Origin: an uncultured Candidatus Saccharibacteria bacterium
GTDB lineage: Bacteria; Patescibacteriota; Minisyncoccia; Phycocordibacterales; UBA12088
DNA length: 64,000 nt
Assembly: GCA_964411375.1 (NCBI GenBank)
Contig: CAYPKR010000002.1
Location: forward strand, 129,960 to 193,959
Reading direction: 5' to 3'
Shown in pieces: positions 46,756 through 56,557 of the stretch; positions within the stretch are counted from its first letter, which is position 1; each line of letters opens with the position of its first letter. The notes under the pieces were generated by a model. That model ran no database searches. It saw nothing but the letters and a program-made list of their open reading frames with translations, and was not told where the DNA came from. The translations under genes were made by a program, and so were the position numbers.

Positions 46756-47559
46756 ATGACATTTTTAAAAGATAGGCGGTTTGTTCTTGGCGCAGGTCTT
46801 TCGGTCCTGCTCATCTTACTGTTTGTCGCCACGCATCGAGGAAAGGAAATTCCCGATACACTCCAAGCGCTTTCTGCCGAAAAAGGGACATCGACTCCGA
46901 GTTCATTTGATATTGCCGCTCGAACGAGCACCCCGCTCCAAGAAAATACCAACTATTACATCGATTCCGTTGTCGGAAGTGACACGGTAACCCTTCGAAC
47001 CGGTGGATCCGGCACTCTCTTTCGTTTACTTGGTGTGCAATCGCCGGTCCGTGCAGGATTCGGTAATTGTTATGACAAAGACATAGCATCAGGCATTCTG
47101 GAGATGATTAGTAGCGGCACTGTATTTGTCCGCTTTGATCCAGGAGGCGTACTCGCGGACGGCGCAGGAAATCCTGCTGGGTATGTGTATCTTTCGGATG
47201 GAACACTTCTGAATACAGCGATTCTTGAAAAAGGATATGGAAAATTTTTCCCCGGAACGAGCGCAGCATTTGAATCTGAACTTTCGGTTGCCGAACAAAA
47301 TGCGCGCATTTCAGGGCGCGGAATTTGGGCAGGCGCATGTAAGACAACTGCCGCCACAACACCGACTTTAGGAGGAACAAATGCGTCTGACCCTTGGGGA
47401 ATAAATGAAGTTAAGAAAGGTGGCTCACAACCAGCCGCAGGTAGTACGTCAACTACTGGCGGAAGTACAACCGGCACAGGGACTACTGGAGGCTCACAAG
47501 ACACGAGCGGACTCAGTGAATTACCGCCGCCTCCCCCACCCCCCCCGCCGCCGATGTAA
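46756..47559 (+). CDS. Thermonuclease (SNase)-like protein with a degenerate active site and poly-Pro tail
   Basis: SDTV..FRLLGVQSP..GYVYLSDGTLLNTAILEKGYG..AEQNARISGRGIW. Confidence 0.78.
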   Translation: MTFLKDRRFVLGAGLSVLLILLFVATHRGKEIPDTLQALSAEKGTSTPSSFDIAARTSTPLQENTNYYIDSVVGSDTVTLRTGGSGTLFRLLGVQSPVRAGFGNCYDKDIASGILEMISSGTVFVRFDPGGVLADGAGNPAGYVYLSDGTLLNTAILEKGYGKFFPGTSAAFESELSVAEQNARISGRGIWAGACKTTAATTPTLGGTNASDPWGINEVKKGGSQPAAGSTSTTGGSTTGTGTTGGSQDTSGLSELPPPPPPPPPPM

Positions 47560-47562
47560 AAA

Positions 47563-48330
47563 TTACTTTGCGTCCTTGAGTTGGTATTCGCCGATCTCTT
47601 CACGACGAATCGCAAGCGCGAGCGCCGCGCTTTCTAATATTTTTCCTATTTTTTCTGCAAGCCCGCGCATATATGCGCCGCTTGTTGAACGAACTCGTAG
47701 TGTCAAAACAGGAAACGATGCGTCGTAGAGCGCGCGCGTATGTTCTCTCCATAATTCAAGAATGCGCTCTTGTCTAAAATCTCCTTTCACCAGCGACACA
47801 CTCTGTTCAATTTCTTCAAGCAATTCGGATAGCGGAATCTGCCGAAGTCCAATCACGTTTGCTTCAATGATCGCGTAAGTGTGTTCGGGAATTTCAATAT
47901 CCGCAAGTTTGCCAGCGCGTGCAAAGGTAAATAGCGGTGATCCATTTACGGTCTTCGAAGAATATACGGGGTATGGATCGGTATGAACGCCAAGAATTCC
48001 TTCAACTGCTTGGATCGCGTTTTGGAGTGAAATGGGTTTGATATCGACACGAGTCGGCACTTCCGTAAGTTCTCCAAGTACGTCAAGCGTATCAGTTGCA
48101 AAACCGAAGAGGACATCGAGAATATACGTCTTGTCGAGTTTCAAAAAAATATCTTTTTCGTGAACGGCATTTCCTGCAAGCAAGATGACAAGACCTTCTG
48201 CCATTGGATCGAGGCGTCCGGCATACGTTAAGGGCACCTCGCGGTATGCGGGGTGTCCCGATTTGAAACGCGTTAGGAGTTCTGATAAGGTCTCACCGCG
48301 CGCCTTATGTAGTAGATGAATACCCTTCAT
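47563..48330 (-). CDS. TruB-like pseudouridine synthase
   Basis: YAGRLDPMAEGL, ATDTLD, YSSK and SGAYMRGL motifs; start uncertain (48330 or 48402). Confidence 0.85.
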   Translation of the reverse strand: MKGIHLLHKARGETLSELLTRFKSGHPAYREVPLTYAGRLDPMAEGLVILLAGNAVHEKDIFLKLDKTYILDVLFGFATDTLDVLGELTEVPTRVDIKPISLQNAIQAVEGILGVHTDPYPVYSSKTVNGSPLFTFARAGKLADIEIPEHTYAIIEANVIGLRQIPLSELLEEIEQSVSLVKGDFRQERILELWREHTRALYDASFPVLTLRVRSTSGAYMRGLAEKIGKILESAALALAIRREEIGEYQLKDAK

Positions 48331-48419
48331 TATTGAATGGCGTATACCTACAGTATACAGGTTCTCCTCTTCTCTCAAAGAGGGTTTCAGAGGATCCTTC
48401 ATTTTGATACAATCGTTAG

Positions 48420-49694
48420 ATGAATGACGGAAATAGACCGAAGATTGATACCGACCCCTACAAAGGGGTTCGTGACTTTTACCCCGAAGACATGTTCGTC
48501 GAGAAATACATTTTCGACACCATGCAGGAAGTCGCGGAGCGATTTGGATACAGCGAATATTCCGCTTCAATCTTGGAACCAACCGAACTCTACGCCGCAA
48601 AATCAAGCGAGGAAATTGTATCGGAGCAAACCTACACTTTTACCGATCGCGGTGATCGCTCGGTAACACTCCGACCCGAAATGACACCGACCGTTGCGCG
48701 CATGGTTGCCGCAAAACGGCGAGATCTCGCATTCCCTCTCCGCTTATTTTCCATTCCCAACGTCTTTAGATATGAACGTCCTCAAAAAGGACGGCTTCGC
48801 GAACACTGGCAACTCAACTGCGACCTTTTTGGCGCCTCCGGCGTTGAAGCTGATGTTGAGATCATTTCAATCGCTCACAACCTGATGCGCACATTCGGCG
48901 CGCTTCCCGAAGACTTTTTGATCCGAATCAACGATCGCCAAATGTTTCGTCAGATAGTTGATGAGATTGGAATCGAAGAAGAATCAATCACGCCGCTTCT
49001 CTCACTTCTCGATAAGCGCGAAAAAATGGATGCGGAAGAATTCATGAGTGCCGGAGCAGCGCTTGTTGGTGCGGATCGATTTAGCGCATTCATTGAACAA
49101 AGTGAAAATATGCAACCAAACGAAGCACTCGCTGAGATTGCCACTATACTTGCAGGTCTTGAAATAACAAACGTCGTATACGATCCGACTTTAATCCGTG
49201 GATTCAGTTATTACACCGGGACTATCTTCGAAGTGTTCGACACCAATCCAGATAATCGCCGCTCCTTATTCGGCGGCGGCAGATATGACAACCTTATGGA
49301 AATTTTTGGAGTGGAAAAGATTCCGGCAGTTGGATTTGGTATGGGAGATGTGACGATTCGTGACTTTCTGGAATCAAGAAATTTACTTCCCCCGTATCAA
49401 TCAGTTGCTGATCTTGCACTTCTCATTCTTGAGCGCGAATCTCTTCCCTACGCACTTGAACTCGCGCAAAATCTTCGTGACCAAGGACTCCATGTGTCAG
49501 TTGATTTTACATTCCGCAAAGCGGGTGATCAGATTAAAGGAGCGGCAAAATCGCACATTCCGTTCGTGTCAGTGATTGGAGAAGTAGAGCGCCAAAGCCG
49601 AACACTTCGCGTCAAAAATCTCGAGTCAGGCGAGGAAGTCGAAGTTCCTGAAGGAGCGATTGTTGAGTACATTCTTGCACAAGGCACCAGATAA
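48420..49694 (+). CDS. hisS: Histidine--tRNA ligase
   Basis: KGVRDF, LRPEMT, FRYERPQKGRLREH, RGFSYYTG and GGGRYD motifs. Confidence 0.98.
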   Translation: MNDGNRPKIDTDPYKGVRDFYPEDMFVEKYIFDTMQEVAERFGYSEYSASILEPTELYAAKSSEEIVSEQTYTFTDRGDRSVTLRPEMTPTVARMVAAKRRDLAFPLRLFSIPNVFRYERPQKGRLREHWQLNCDLFGASGVEADVEIISIAHNLMRTFGALPEDFLIRINDRQMFRQIVDEIGIEEESITPLLSLLDKREKMDAEEFMSAGAALVGADRFSAFIEQSENMQPNEALAEIATILAGLEITNVVYDPTLIRGFSYYTGTIFEVFDTNPDNRRSLFGGGRYDNLMEIFGVEKIPAVGFGMGDVTIRDFLESRNLLPPYQSVADLALLILERESLPYALELAQNLRDQGLHVSVDFTFRKAGDQIKGAAKSHIPFVSVIGEVERQSRTLRVKNLESGEEVEVPEGAIVEYILAQGTR

Positions 49695-49697
49695 CAT

Positions 49698-50273
49698 ATG
49701 CGCAAAATTGTATTCGACATTGAAACGAAAAATTTATTTGCTGACGTCGGTAAAGCCGATCCAGCACTTCTTGATATTGCAATCGTCTGCGTTTGGGATT
49801 CAGAAACTGATTCGTATTCAAGCTATCTCGAAGAAGAGTTGCCGAAGCTCTGGCCACTCATTGAAGGCGCTGATATGCTGATCGGCTACAATTCCGACCA
49901 TTTTGATATTCCCCTTCTCAATAAATATTATCCAGGTGACCTTACTAAAATAAAAAGCCTCGATATTTTGAAGGAAATTAAAAATTCGCTGGGAAGGCGT
50001 CTCAGGCTCGATTCGATCGCCGAAGCAACACTTGGCGAAGGAAAAACCGCTGATGGACTCCAGGGAGTGCAATGGTGGCGTGAAGGCAAGATCGATAAGG
50101 TTCGAGAATACTGTTTGCACGACGTGAAAATCACCAAAGAAGTGTACGAATTTGCTCGGAAACACAACAAGCTCTATTTCAAAGAGTTAAATAACAAGCG
50201 GGAAATCCCGCTCGATACGAGCAAATGGGAAGAAGAGGGCGACAGTGCAATGACGTTTACGCTTCCATTCTAG
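49698..50273 (+). CDS. RNase H-like (DnaQ/YprB-type) 3'-5' exonuclease domain protein
   Basis: VFDIET, GYNSDHFD and YCLHDV motifs. Confidence 0.88.
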   Translation: MRKIVFDIETKNLFADVGKADPALLDIAIVCVWDSETDSYSSYLEEELPKLWPLIEGADMLIGYNSDHFDIPLLNKYYPGDLTKIKSLDILKEIKNSLGRRLRLDSIAEATLGEGKTADGLQGVQWWREGKIDKVREYCLHDVKITKEVYEFARKHNKLYFKELNNKREIPLDTSKWEEEGDSAMTFTLPF

Positions 50274-50524
50274 GTCTTACTAAAGATCGATATCTTGAAT
50301 GCATTTCCAAAAATTGCAGCACACATTACTGAAGTGCATGAATTTAGGTAGGTCTCAAAACTCCCAAGGTTCCCCGAGAATAAATGAACTATGCCAAGGA
50401 CTATATATCCAATGAGAATTGCGTAACCGGCGATGGGGAAAATATATCGTAGTGTGCGGGATATGGAATCCCGTAGAGGATCTTTTGTAATTTTTTCCTT
50501 TTTAATTGATCTCAATTTCCCCAT
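50270..50524 (-). CDS. Small 2-TM hypothetical protein (AT-rich islet)
   Basis: Two hydrophobic segments; same strand as and downstream of 50546-51277. Confidence 0.5.
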   Translation of the reverse strand: MGKLRSIKKEKITKDPLRDSISRTLRYIFPIAGYAILIGYIVLGIVHLFSGNLGSFETYLNSCTSVMCAAIFGNAFKISIFSKT

Positions 50525-50545
50525 TGATTCAAAAATCGTAGATTA

Positions 50546-51277
50546 TTATCGAACATCAAATTCCACCTGCTCCAGAAGGGCAACAAGCTCGTGTATTTTG
50601 ACCTTAACCTCTTTCGATAGAGATGATTTTGATGCAATTACAAGCCTCCAATCTTCCCCTCCTCCAACATACCTTTCTGTAATTTCTTCTTTTTCGGCTA
50701 ATTTTGGTTTTATGATTCCTGTCTTTTGCTCCCCAGTTTGACCTCCACCTGCGCCTGAAATTCCAATGGAAGTATCATTTGCATTTTTGAGTAAGACGCC
50801 ATTTTTTAACAGACCCCCGTATTCAGCAGATGCTTTAAAAATTCTTACAACATCTTTCGCAACATTCTCATTCACTCCTCGTCTCGATAAAATTCTGTCC
50901 ATCTGTTGAGGGATTTCTTGTCCCCCGAATTCATCCAGTAAGCTCGCAAACAATTTTGGTGATCTCAGTGCCTCTTCTAAAGCTTTTGCTTCTTCTTCCG
51001 TCCCTATAGGATTTCGAATTTTTGCAGATAAGGCGGTCTGGTTATATTTGTCGCCTACTCTCTCTAAGAGTCCATAGTGCACTAAAGCAGCAACTGCTCT
51101 TGCGGCTGTACCAGAAAGAGCGCTGTAACCCATTCCGCGAGCTGCATCTTCCCTAAGATATGGTCCTTTTGAGGCATTTTTAATTAACGCATTGTTCTTA
51201 TTGATCGCCTCTTCTAGGGTCAAGGACGGATAAGAGATGCTTCTCTCCTTGAAGGAGTTTGTTTTTTGGTTTTCCAT
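50546..51277 (-). CDS. Hypothetical winged-helix-like protein (AT-rich islet)
   Basis: RSISYPSLTLEEAI..AARAVAALVHYGLL..SAEYGGLL; atypical codon usage. Confidence 0.7.
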   Translation of the reverse strand: MENQKTNSFKERSISYPSLTLEEAINKNNALIKNASKGPYLREDAARGMGYSALSGTAARAVAALVHYGLLERVGDKYNQTALSAKIRNPIGTEEEAKALEEALRSPKLFASLLDEFGGQEIPQQMDRILSRRGVNENVAKDVVRIFKASAEYGGLLKNGVLLKNANDTSIGISGAGGGQTGEQKTGIIKPKLAEKEEITERYVGGGEDWRLVIASKSSLSKEVKVKIHELVALLEQVEFDVR

Positions 51278-51300
51278 ATAACCATATAATAATGGTTATA
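51277..51300. promoter_or_regulatory. Operator-like inverted repeat over the start codon/-10 region
   Basis: TATAACCAT-N6-ATGGTTATA. Confidence 0.55.
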
Positions 51301-51378
51301 GTAGTCTATCGTCAAGTCAAAATCAATTTATTAGCGAAATTATGATATTTACAGGCTGTTGCTAGGACTCTAAATTCT

Positions 51379-52188
51379 CTAAAAAAGGGTTACGAACAGT
51401 ATTAGAGACGCCAAAATAATTCGATATACAATAAACACACCGAGAGAATGCGACTTCAAATATTTGAGCAAATAGTGGATCGACGCAAGTCCGAAGGCAA
51501 AGGAAGCAAGCCCGCCAAGGAGAATTGAAAGACCAAACGAATGCACGTCGCCGGATTTAATGAGTTCATAGAATTTGAGCAAGCCGCTCGCGAAGATGAT
51601 CGGAAATGAAAGAAGGAATCCGAAGCGGGCGGCTTCTTCGCGCGAAAGTCCCAAGATAAGTCCGCCGGAAATAGTTGCGCCGCTCCTTGAAATTCCCGGG
51701 ACAAGCGCGAGACATTGATAGAATCCGATCTGAATACCGCGCCATACCGATAATGGTCTTTTTACTTGTCGGCGTCTTCCCTGCCACTCGGCAAAAAGCA
51801 TGAGGATTGATCCGGCGATCAGCATCCACGCAACTACGGTGACACTTCGGAAAACGGTCTCCATTTTTTTCTCAAGCAATAATCCAAAAATTCCTGCAGG
51901 AATGGATCCAAGAATGAGTGCCAAGATTAACACCTTTTGTCTTGCTTCAACTCCCTTTCCGAGTATCCAGAGAACTGTGTCTCGAATGAGCGCCCAAAAA
52001 TCATCTCGAAAGTAAATAAACAGTGCCAAGGTGGCTGCGAGCTGGAGTACTGCATCAACCGCAAGTCCATCCGCGATTTGAATTCCAAGAAGTGAACGGG
52101 CGATTATAAGATGCCCGGAAGAAGAAATGGGGACGAATTCGGTTAGCCCTTCGACTATTCCGAGCACTATGAGGTGAATTGCGTCCAT
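51379..52188 (-). CDS. uppP: Undecaprenyl-diphosphate phosphatase
   Basis: GIVEGLTEFVPISSSGH and PGISRSGATI motifs. Confidence 0.96.
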   Translation of the reverse strand: MDAIHLIVLGIVEGLTEFVPISSSGHLIIARSLLGIQIADGLAVDAVLQLAATLALFIYFRDDFWALIRDTVLWILGKGVEARQKVLILALILGSIPAGIFGLLLEKKMETVFRSVTVVAWMLIAGSILMLFAEWQGRRRQVKRPLSVWRGIQIGFYQCLALVPGISRSGATISGGLILGLSREEAARFGFLLSFPIIFASGLLKFYELIKSGDVHSFGLSILLGGLASFAFGLASIHYLLKYLKSHSLGVFIVYRIILASLILFVTLF

Positions 52189-52240
52189 ATCGTATCTCTA
52201 TGGTACACTAGGCTCATAAAATTCATCAAATCATCTAGAC

Positions 52241-53014
52241 ATGGACGAACAACGACATTCGCACCCTGAAATTCAAATGGAACCTGCGCGCCGAAGAGGG
52301 ATGCAAAAAAATATGTTGATACCATTTGCGATCGTAATCGCCGGTGCGCTTATTGCTGGCTCGCTTCTCTATGTCAATCGCGCGACGATTTCTGCAGCAA
52401 ATCAAAAAAATAATCCGAAAGGTACCGATACGAAGGCAATAAGTGCAGATATTCGCCCAATCGATTCAACTGATCATATTCTTGGCAAACCTGATGCGCC
52501 GATTGTGATTGTTGAATATTCAGATCTTGAATGCCCATATTGCAAAGAATTCCATCAAACACTTCGCCAGATCATGGATGACTACGGTTCCAAAGGACAG
52601 GTTGCGTGGGTGTACCGTCACTTCCCGATTGTGCAACTTCATTCGAAAGCGGAAAATGAAGCGATTGCAGCGGAGTGTACAGCATCTCTCGGTGGAAATG
52701 ACGCATTCTGGAAATTCATTAATAAAGTATTTGAAATAACACCGGCAAACAACGGTCTCGATCCGGCAGAACTTCCAGTGATTGCGAAACAAATTGGACT
52801 CGATACAACCGCCTTCAACTCATGCCTCAGTGCAAAAAAATATAAGGATCGCATAACGGCAGACTTTAATGACGCAGTAAAAAATGGCGGCGAAGGAACT
52901 CCATTTAGCGTAATTATTGCAGCTGGACAAAAGACACCCGTTTCAGGCGCATACCCATATCCTGCAATGAAGTCGATCATCGATACGGTACTTGCGAAGG
53001 TTGGCTCGAACTAA
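52241..53014 (+). CDS. Membrane-anchored DsbA/BdbD-like thioredoxin
   Basis: EYSDLECPYC, YRHFP and GTP motifs. Confidence 0.92.
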   Translation: MDEQRHSHPEIQMEPARRRGMQKNMLIPFAIVIAGALIAGSLLYVNRATISAANQKNNPKGTDTKAISADIRPIDSTDHILGKPDAPIVIVEYSDLECPYCKEFHQTLRQIMDDYGSKGQVAWVYRHFPIVQLHSKAENEAIAAECTASLGGNDAFWKFINKVFEITPANNGLDPAELPVIAKQIGLDTTAFNSCLSAKKYKDRITADFNDAVKNGGEGTPFSVIIAAGQKTPVSGAYPYPAMKSIIDTVLAKVGSN

Positions 53015-53039
53015 AGAGTTAGGTTGGATTGTATGAGAA

Positions 53040-53072
53040 AGCCCCGGAATTGGCTTCGCCAATTCCGGGGCT
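53040..53072. terminator. Bidirectional terminator
   Basis: AGCCCCGGAATTGGC-TTC-GCCAATTCCGGGGCT between convergent genes. Confidence 0.85.
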
Positions 53073-53081
53073 GACTCTTTT

Positions 53082-56063
53082 TTATTTCCGATTTTTAACC
53101 GCCGCGACCAAATCTTTGTATGGATTGTCCGGAAGCGGTTCGGCGTTCCAAAATGCGAGTGCAAGAATTTCTTTTGAAACGCGCGCGATTGTTTCTTTAA
53201 GTTCCTCGGTCTCCGAATCGACAATTACGAAGATCTCGCGATGATGCCCTCCTTTCTGATCTGGTTCGACAAATTCAAGTACCGCATCTTTCAAAGATTT
53301 CCCTTCAAGTGATAAGAGAAGTTGATAAAAGACGAGCTGCCGTTTGTACGATCCGTCCGATGATTTTGTTTTTCCTTCGATTTCATTTCGAGTACGCGGT
53401 TTCCCTGTTTTGTAATCAATCACCCGAAGATTTCTATCATCTCCTTCAAGACGGTCAACTTTTCCGGAGAGTGGAAGAAGATTACCGCCAATATCAAGTG
53501 AACCCTTGAGCGGATATTCTCCTCGAAGCGTTTCCAAATTGATTGAGGTAAATTCTTCTTTCATGTGATCGAAGTAACCCGAGAGTGATTCGACGCCCCG
53601 CCTCTTCGCTTCATCTTTGTCGCGAGGCATGAAGGGTTCGCGTTCAATCGCAAAATCAAAATACGCAAGCAGGTCTTTTTTACCAAGAAACTTCCCTGCC
53701 TTTTTACTTTCCATGAAGAATTGTTCGAGCGCCGCATGTACTGCTGTACCAAAAAGTTGATGGGGTTGGGGTGAGGCGGGAATGCGGAGGAGGTTTTGGA
53801 AAAAGTATTCCCATGGATCTTTGAGGTAGGTATTCAGAGCCGTCGGCGTCAAACCTTGCTCCAGAAAGAGCGTGCGGAGATACTCAACAATTTCGGTAAC
53901 CGGAATTCCTCTTTTTCCTTCGGTAACAAGTAATTGCTGACCAACGTCTGGAGAAATCTCGATTTCTGAAGCTCCGCTCTTTCCCATTTCAGTCAAAAAT
54001 ATCGTTGGCAAGATCTCTCGACCCGATTCTGATGTACGCGCAAACGAAATAGTAAGTTTCTGCCTTGCACGCGAAAGTGCGACATAAAAAAGTCGTCGCT
54101 CATCTTGGATCGATTCATTTTCTCCTAGAGTAAGTCCCGAAATTTCAAAGATTCCTGAAAAATTACTTCGCTCTCGCATTCCTTCCCAATTATTTTCAGT
54201 TGCGCCCACAAGATACACCGAATTCCATTCAAGGCCTTTTGCGCCATGCGCAGTCATAATACGAACCTTTCCCTTTGGAAGGAGTTTAGCGGCGGTGCCC
54301 TTTAAGCGATATTCGCGAATGATTTCAAGTCGTTCAAGGAGAAAAGCGTATCCCGCGTCAGGAAAATCACGCGAGAGCGATGCCGCATATTCAAAAAAGG
54401 TTCGGAAGAGTTCGAGTTTTTCGACTGAATCAATCGAGGCAATCACTGCGGTTAAAAAGCCCGATTCATGTGCTACACGTTCAACCGCAAGAATAAGTCC
54501 AAGTGTCCGCTCTCCTGCTTTCCACTTTTTGATTTGTATCCCAAGCGCGTGGAGTTTTTCCGCATTTTGAATACCTGCAGACTCAAGCGACTGCCTTGAA
54601 TCAAGAAGATCGTAGAGCGGTATTCGCTTTCTTCTGCTTGCCGCAAAGAGTTTATAGAGATCAAGTTCGTCGATTCCAAGAAATGGAGACGGAAGCGCCT
54701 CAGCAAGATAGCCATCTTCACCATATGCAGCGAGCATCTTCAAAAGTCTTAAAAAATCGCGAATGAGTGGATCGTCAAAAAAACTTGCACCCGACACAAT
54801 TTGAAACGGCACATTTTTCTTGGCAAGCGTCATTCCGAGCGAGCGAGCATCACGATTTTTGCGAACCAACATTACAATTTCTTCGGGTGGTTGGCCTTTA
54901 GTAATTTCTTCCTGAATGCGCTCTGCGACTCCGCCATATTCAGACAAGATATCGGGTGCCCGAAGAACGGTGATTTCACCTTTTTTCTTTTCACGCGCCG
55001 ATCGAAGCACTCCTTCCCCTTCGCCCACCTGATCTCCAACCGAAAGCGGGGCAATCGCATTCAAGATTTCTTGTGCAGAACGATAATTATCTCGAAGTGT
55101 AATTACTTCCGCGTTTGGATATTCTGCTTTGAACGACAAAAAGTTTGCAACCGACGCACCCTGGAATCGGTAAATTGCTTGATCCGGGTCTCCCACGACA
55201 AAAATATTGGGATTATCGTGATATGAGGCAAGGAGATTTAAGAGTCGATTTTGAGAATTGTTTGCGTCCTGATGCTCGTCAGCAAGCAAGTATTGATATT
55301 TTTCCTGAAGGGTCAAAAGAAAATCAGAATCGCGCTCGAGCGCTTTAATCGCCTCAATAATCATGTCTTCAAAATCGTAGAGTCTGCGGGTGCTTCGGAG
55401 TTCCTCATATTTTTCATAGACATCCGAAAACTCGACATGCTTCTCATATTTTTTGATGAGATCAAGATATGCGCCTTTCATTTTTCCTTTGTGTGCACCT
55501 TTTGTATGAATTGCGTCTGGATCTTCTTTTGTTTCTTTGAGCTTCGATTTCGCCCATTTGCGAAGCGCATCAGGCGTCACATATTCGCGCTTGGCGTCGG
55601 CGATACCCGAAGAAATTGTCGAAAGATGATACAGGGGATCGCCGAGTGGCCGAAGGAGCTTTGCATCCGTTGCTTCAAGTGCTTCTTGAATAAGAAGGAG
55701 CCTCGTTGCATCATCCATTTGTTTTGCACCGATAATTTCGGGAAATGCTTCTGGGTAGCGCTCGATAATGTATCCGCAAAATCCATGGAATGTATAAATT
55801 CCAATCTGGCTCGCTTCCGCTCCCATGAGCATCGAGAGTCGTGCACGCATTGAAGTCACACCTGACTCCGTGAAGGTCAGCGCCAGAATAGAGTCGGGTG
55901 CCGTATCGGTTTTTTTTAGAATATTCGCTATTCGGAGGGCAAGCATTTGGGTCTTTCCGGTGCCAGGTCCCGCAACAACCATGACGGGGCCTTCAACCAA
56001 ATCAACCGCCCGCTTCTGTTCGGAATTGAGGGAATTATAGGCGGCTTGAAAAGCATCGTTCAT
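53082..56063 (-). CDS. UvrD/PcrA-like SF1 helicase fused to a C-terminal PD-(D/E)xK nuclease
   Basis: AGPGTGKT, DEHQD, NYRS, TAHGAKGLE, ERRLFYVA and GKVDR..IDYKTG motifs. Confidence 0.94.
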   Translation of the reverse strand: MNDAFQAAYNSLNSEQKRAVDLVEGPVMVVAGPGTGKTQMLALRIANILKKTDTAPDSILALTFTESGVTSMRARLSMLMGAEASQIGIYTFHGFCGYIIERYPEAFPEIIGAKQMDDATRLLLIQEALEATDAKLLRPLGDPLYHLSTISSGIADAKREYVTPDALRKWAKSKLKETKEDPDAIHTKGAHKGKMKGAYLDLIKKYEKHVEFSDVYEKYEELRSTRRLYDFEDMIIEAIKALERDSDFLLTLQEKYQYLLADEHQDANNSQNRLLNLLASYHDNPNIFVVGDPDQAIYRFQGASVANFLSFKAEYPNAEVITLRDNYRSAQEILNAIAPLSVGDQVGEGEGVLRSAREKKKGEITVLRAPDILSEYGGVAERIQEEITKGQPPEEIVMLVRKNRDARSLGMTLAKKNVPFQIVSGASFFDDPLIRDFLRLLKMLAAYGEDGYLAEALPSPFLGIDELDLYKLFAASRRKRIPLYDLLDSRQSLESAGIQNAEKLHALGIQIKKWKAGERTLGLILAVERVAHESGFLTAVIASIDSVEKLELFRTFFEYAASLSRDFPDAGYAFLLERLEIIREYRLKGTAAKLLPKGKVRIMTAHGAKGLEWNSVYLVGATENNWEGMRERSNFSGIFEISGLTLGENESIQDERRLFYVALSRARQKLTISFARTSESGREILPTIFLTEMGKSGASEIEISPDVGQQLLVTEGKRGIPVTEIVEYLRTLFLEQGLTPTALNTYLKDPWEYFFQNLLRIPASPQPHQLFGTAVHAALEQFFMESKKAGKFLGKKDLLAYFDFAIEREPFMPRDKDEAKRRGVESLSGYFDHMKEEFTSINLETLRGEYPLKGSLDIGGNLLPLSGKVDRLEGDDRNLRVIDYKTGKPRTRNEIEGKTKSSDGSYKRQLVFYQLLLSLEGKSLKDAVLEFVEPDQKGGHHREIFVIVDSETEELKETIARVSKEILALAFWNAEPLPDNPYKDLVAAVKNRK

Positions 56064-56080
56064 CCGTCAATTATACTAAA

Positions 56081-56115
56081 AAAGCAAAAGGCCGCTTTCC
56101 GCGGTCTTTTGCTTT
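56081..56115. terminator. Intrinsic terminator of the dnaG-rpoD-CA unit
   Basis: AAAGCAAAAGGCCGC..GCGGTCTTTTGCTTT, with a U-run on the minus strand. Confidence 0.8.
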
Positions 56116-56128
56116 GAAATGTGGTGAG

Positions 56129-56548
56129 TTAGACAGCTCGCTTTTCGATTTCAGACGCTACCCACTTCCCTTCAGTATTTTTAGAGACCCAAATACCGAG
56201 GAGTGTAGTGCCTTGAGGAAGTTCCCATTTCGAGACCATTTCAACGTCTTCCTTGATTTCCTTTGCGTGTTCTTCAGGAGGTACTGGATTTCCTGCGCAA
56301 TCTTCATGGCCCGCAACTGCAACAATACGTGAACCGTGATGACCAACCGAGATTGCAACCACGCGGCGCTTGAATTCGTCGAGTGTTGATTCATCACACG
56401 TACCGCAGATCAAATCCATACCAGGCGCCGTGATCATGTCCGGATAATCTACCTGATATTCATTTTTCAAAAATTCGGTAATTGCAACAACCGATCTGCC
56501 ATCCATACAGCCAAGTACGGTTGCGAATTTTGCAGGTGATTCAGACAT
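56129..56548 (-). CDS. Putative beta-type carbonic anhydrase
   Basis: Zinc-ligand motifs CMDGR and HEDC. Confidence 0.8.
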   Translation of the reverse strand: MSESPAKFATVLGCMDGRSVVAITEFLKNEYQVDYPDMITAPGMDLICGTCDESTLDEFKRRVVAISVGHHGSRIVAVAGHEDCAGNPVPPEEHAKEIKEDVEMVSKWELPQGTTLLGIWVSKNTEGKWVASEIEKRAV

Positions 56549-56557
56549 ACTCGTCGA

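Noticed and set aside
47523-47555. C-rich tract as a phase-variation site
   Set aside because: It is a mix of Pro codons at the extreme 3' end, so slippage would hardly alter the protein.
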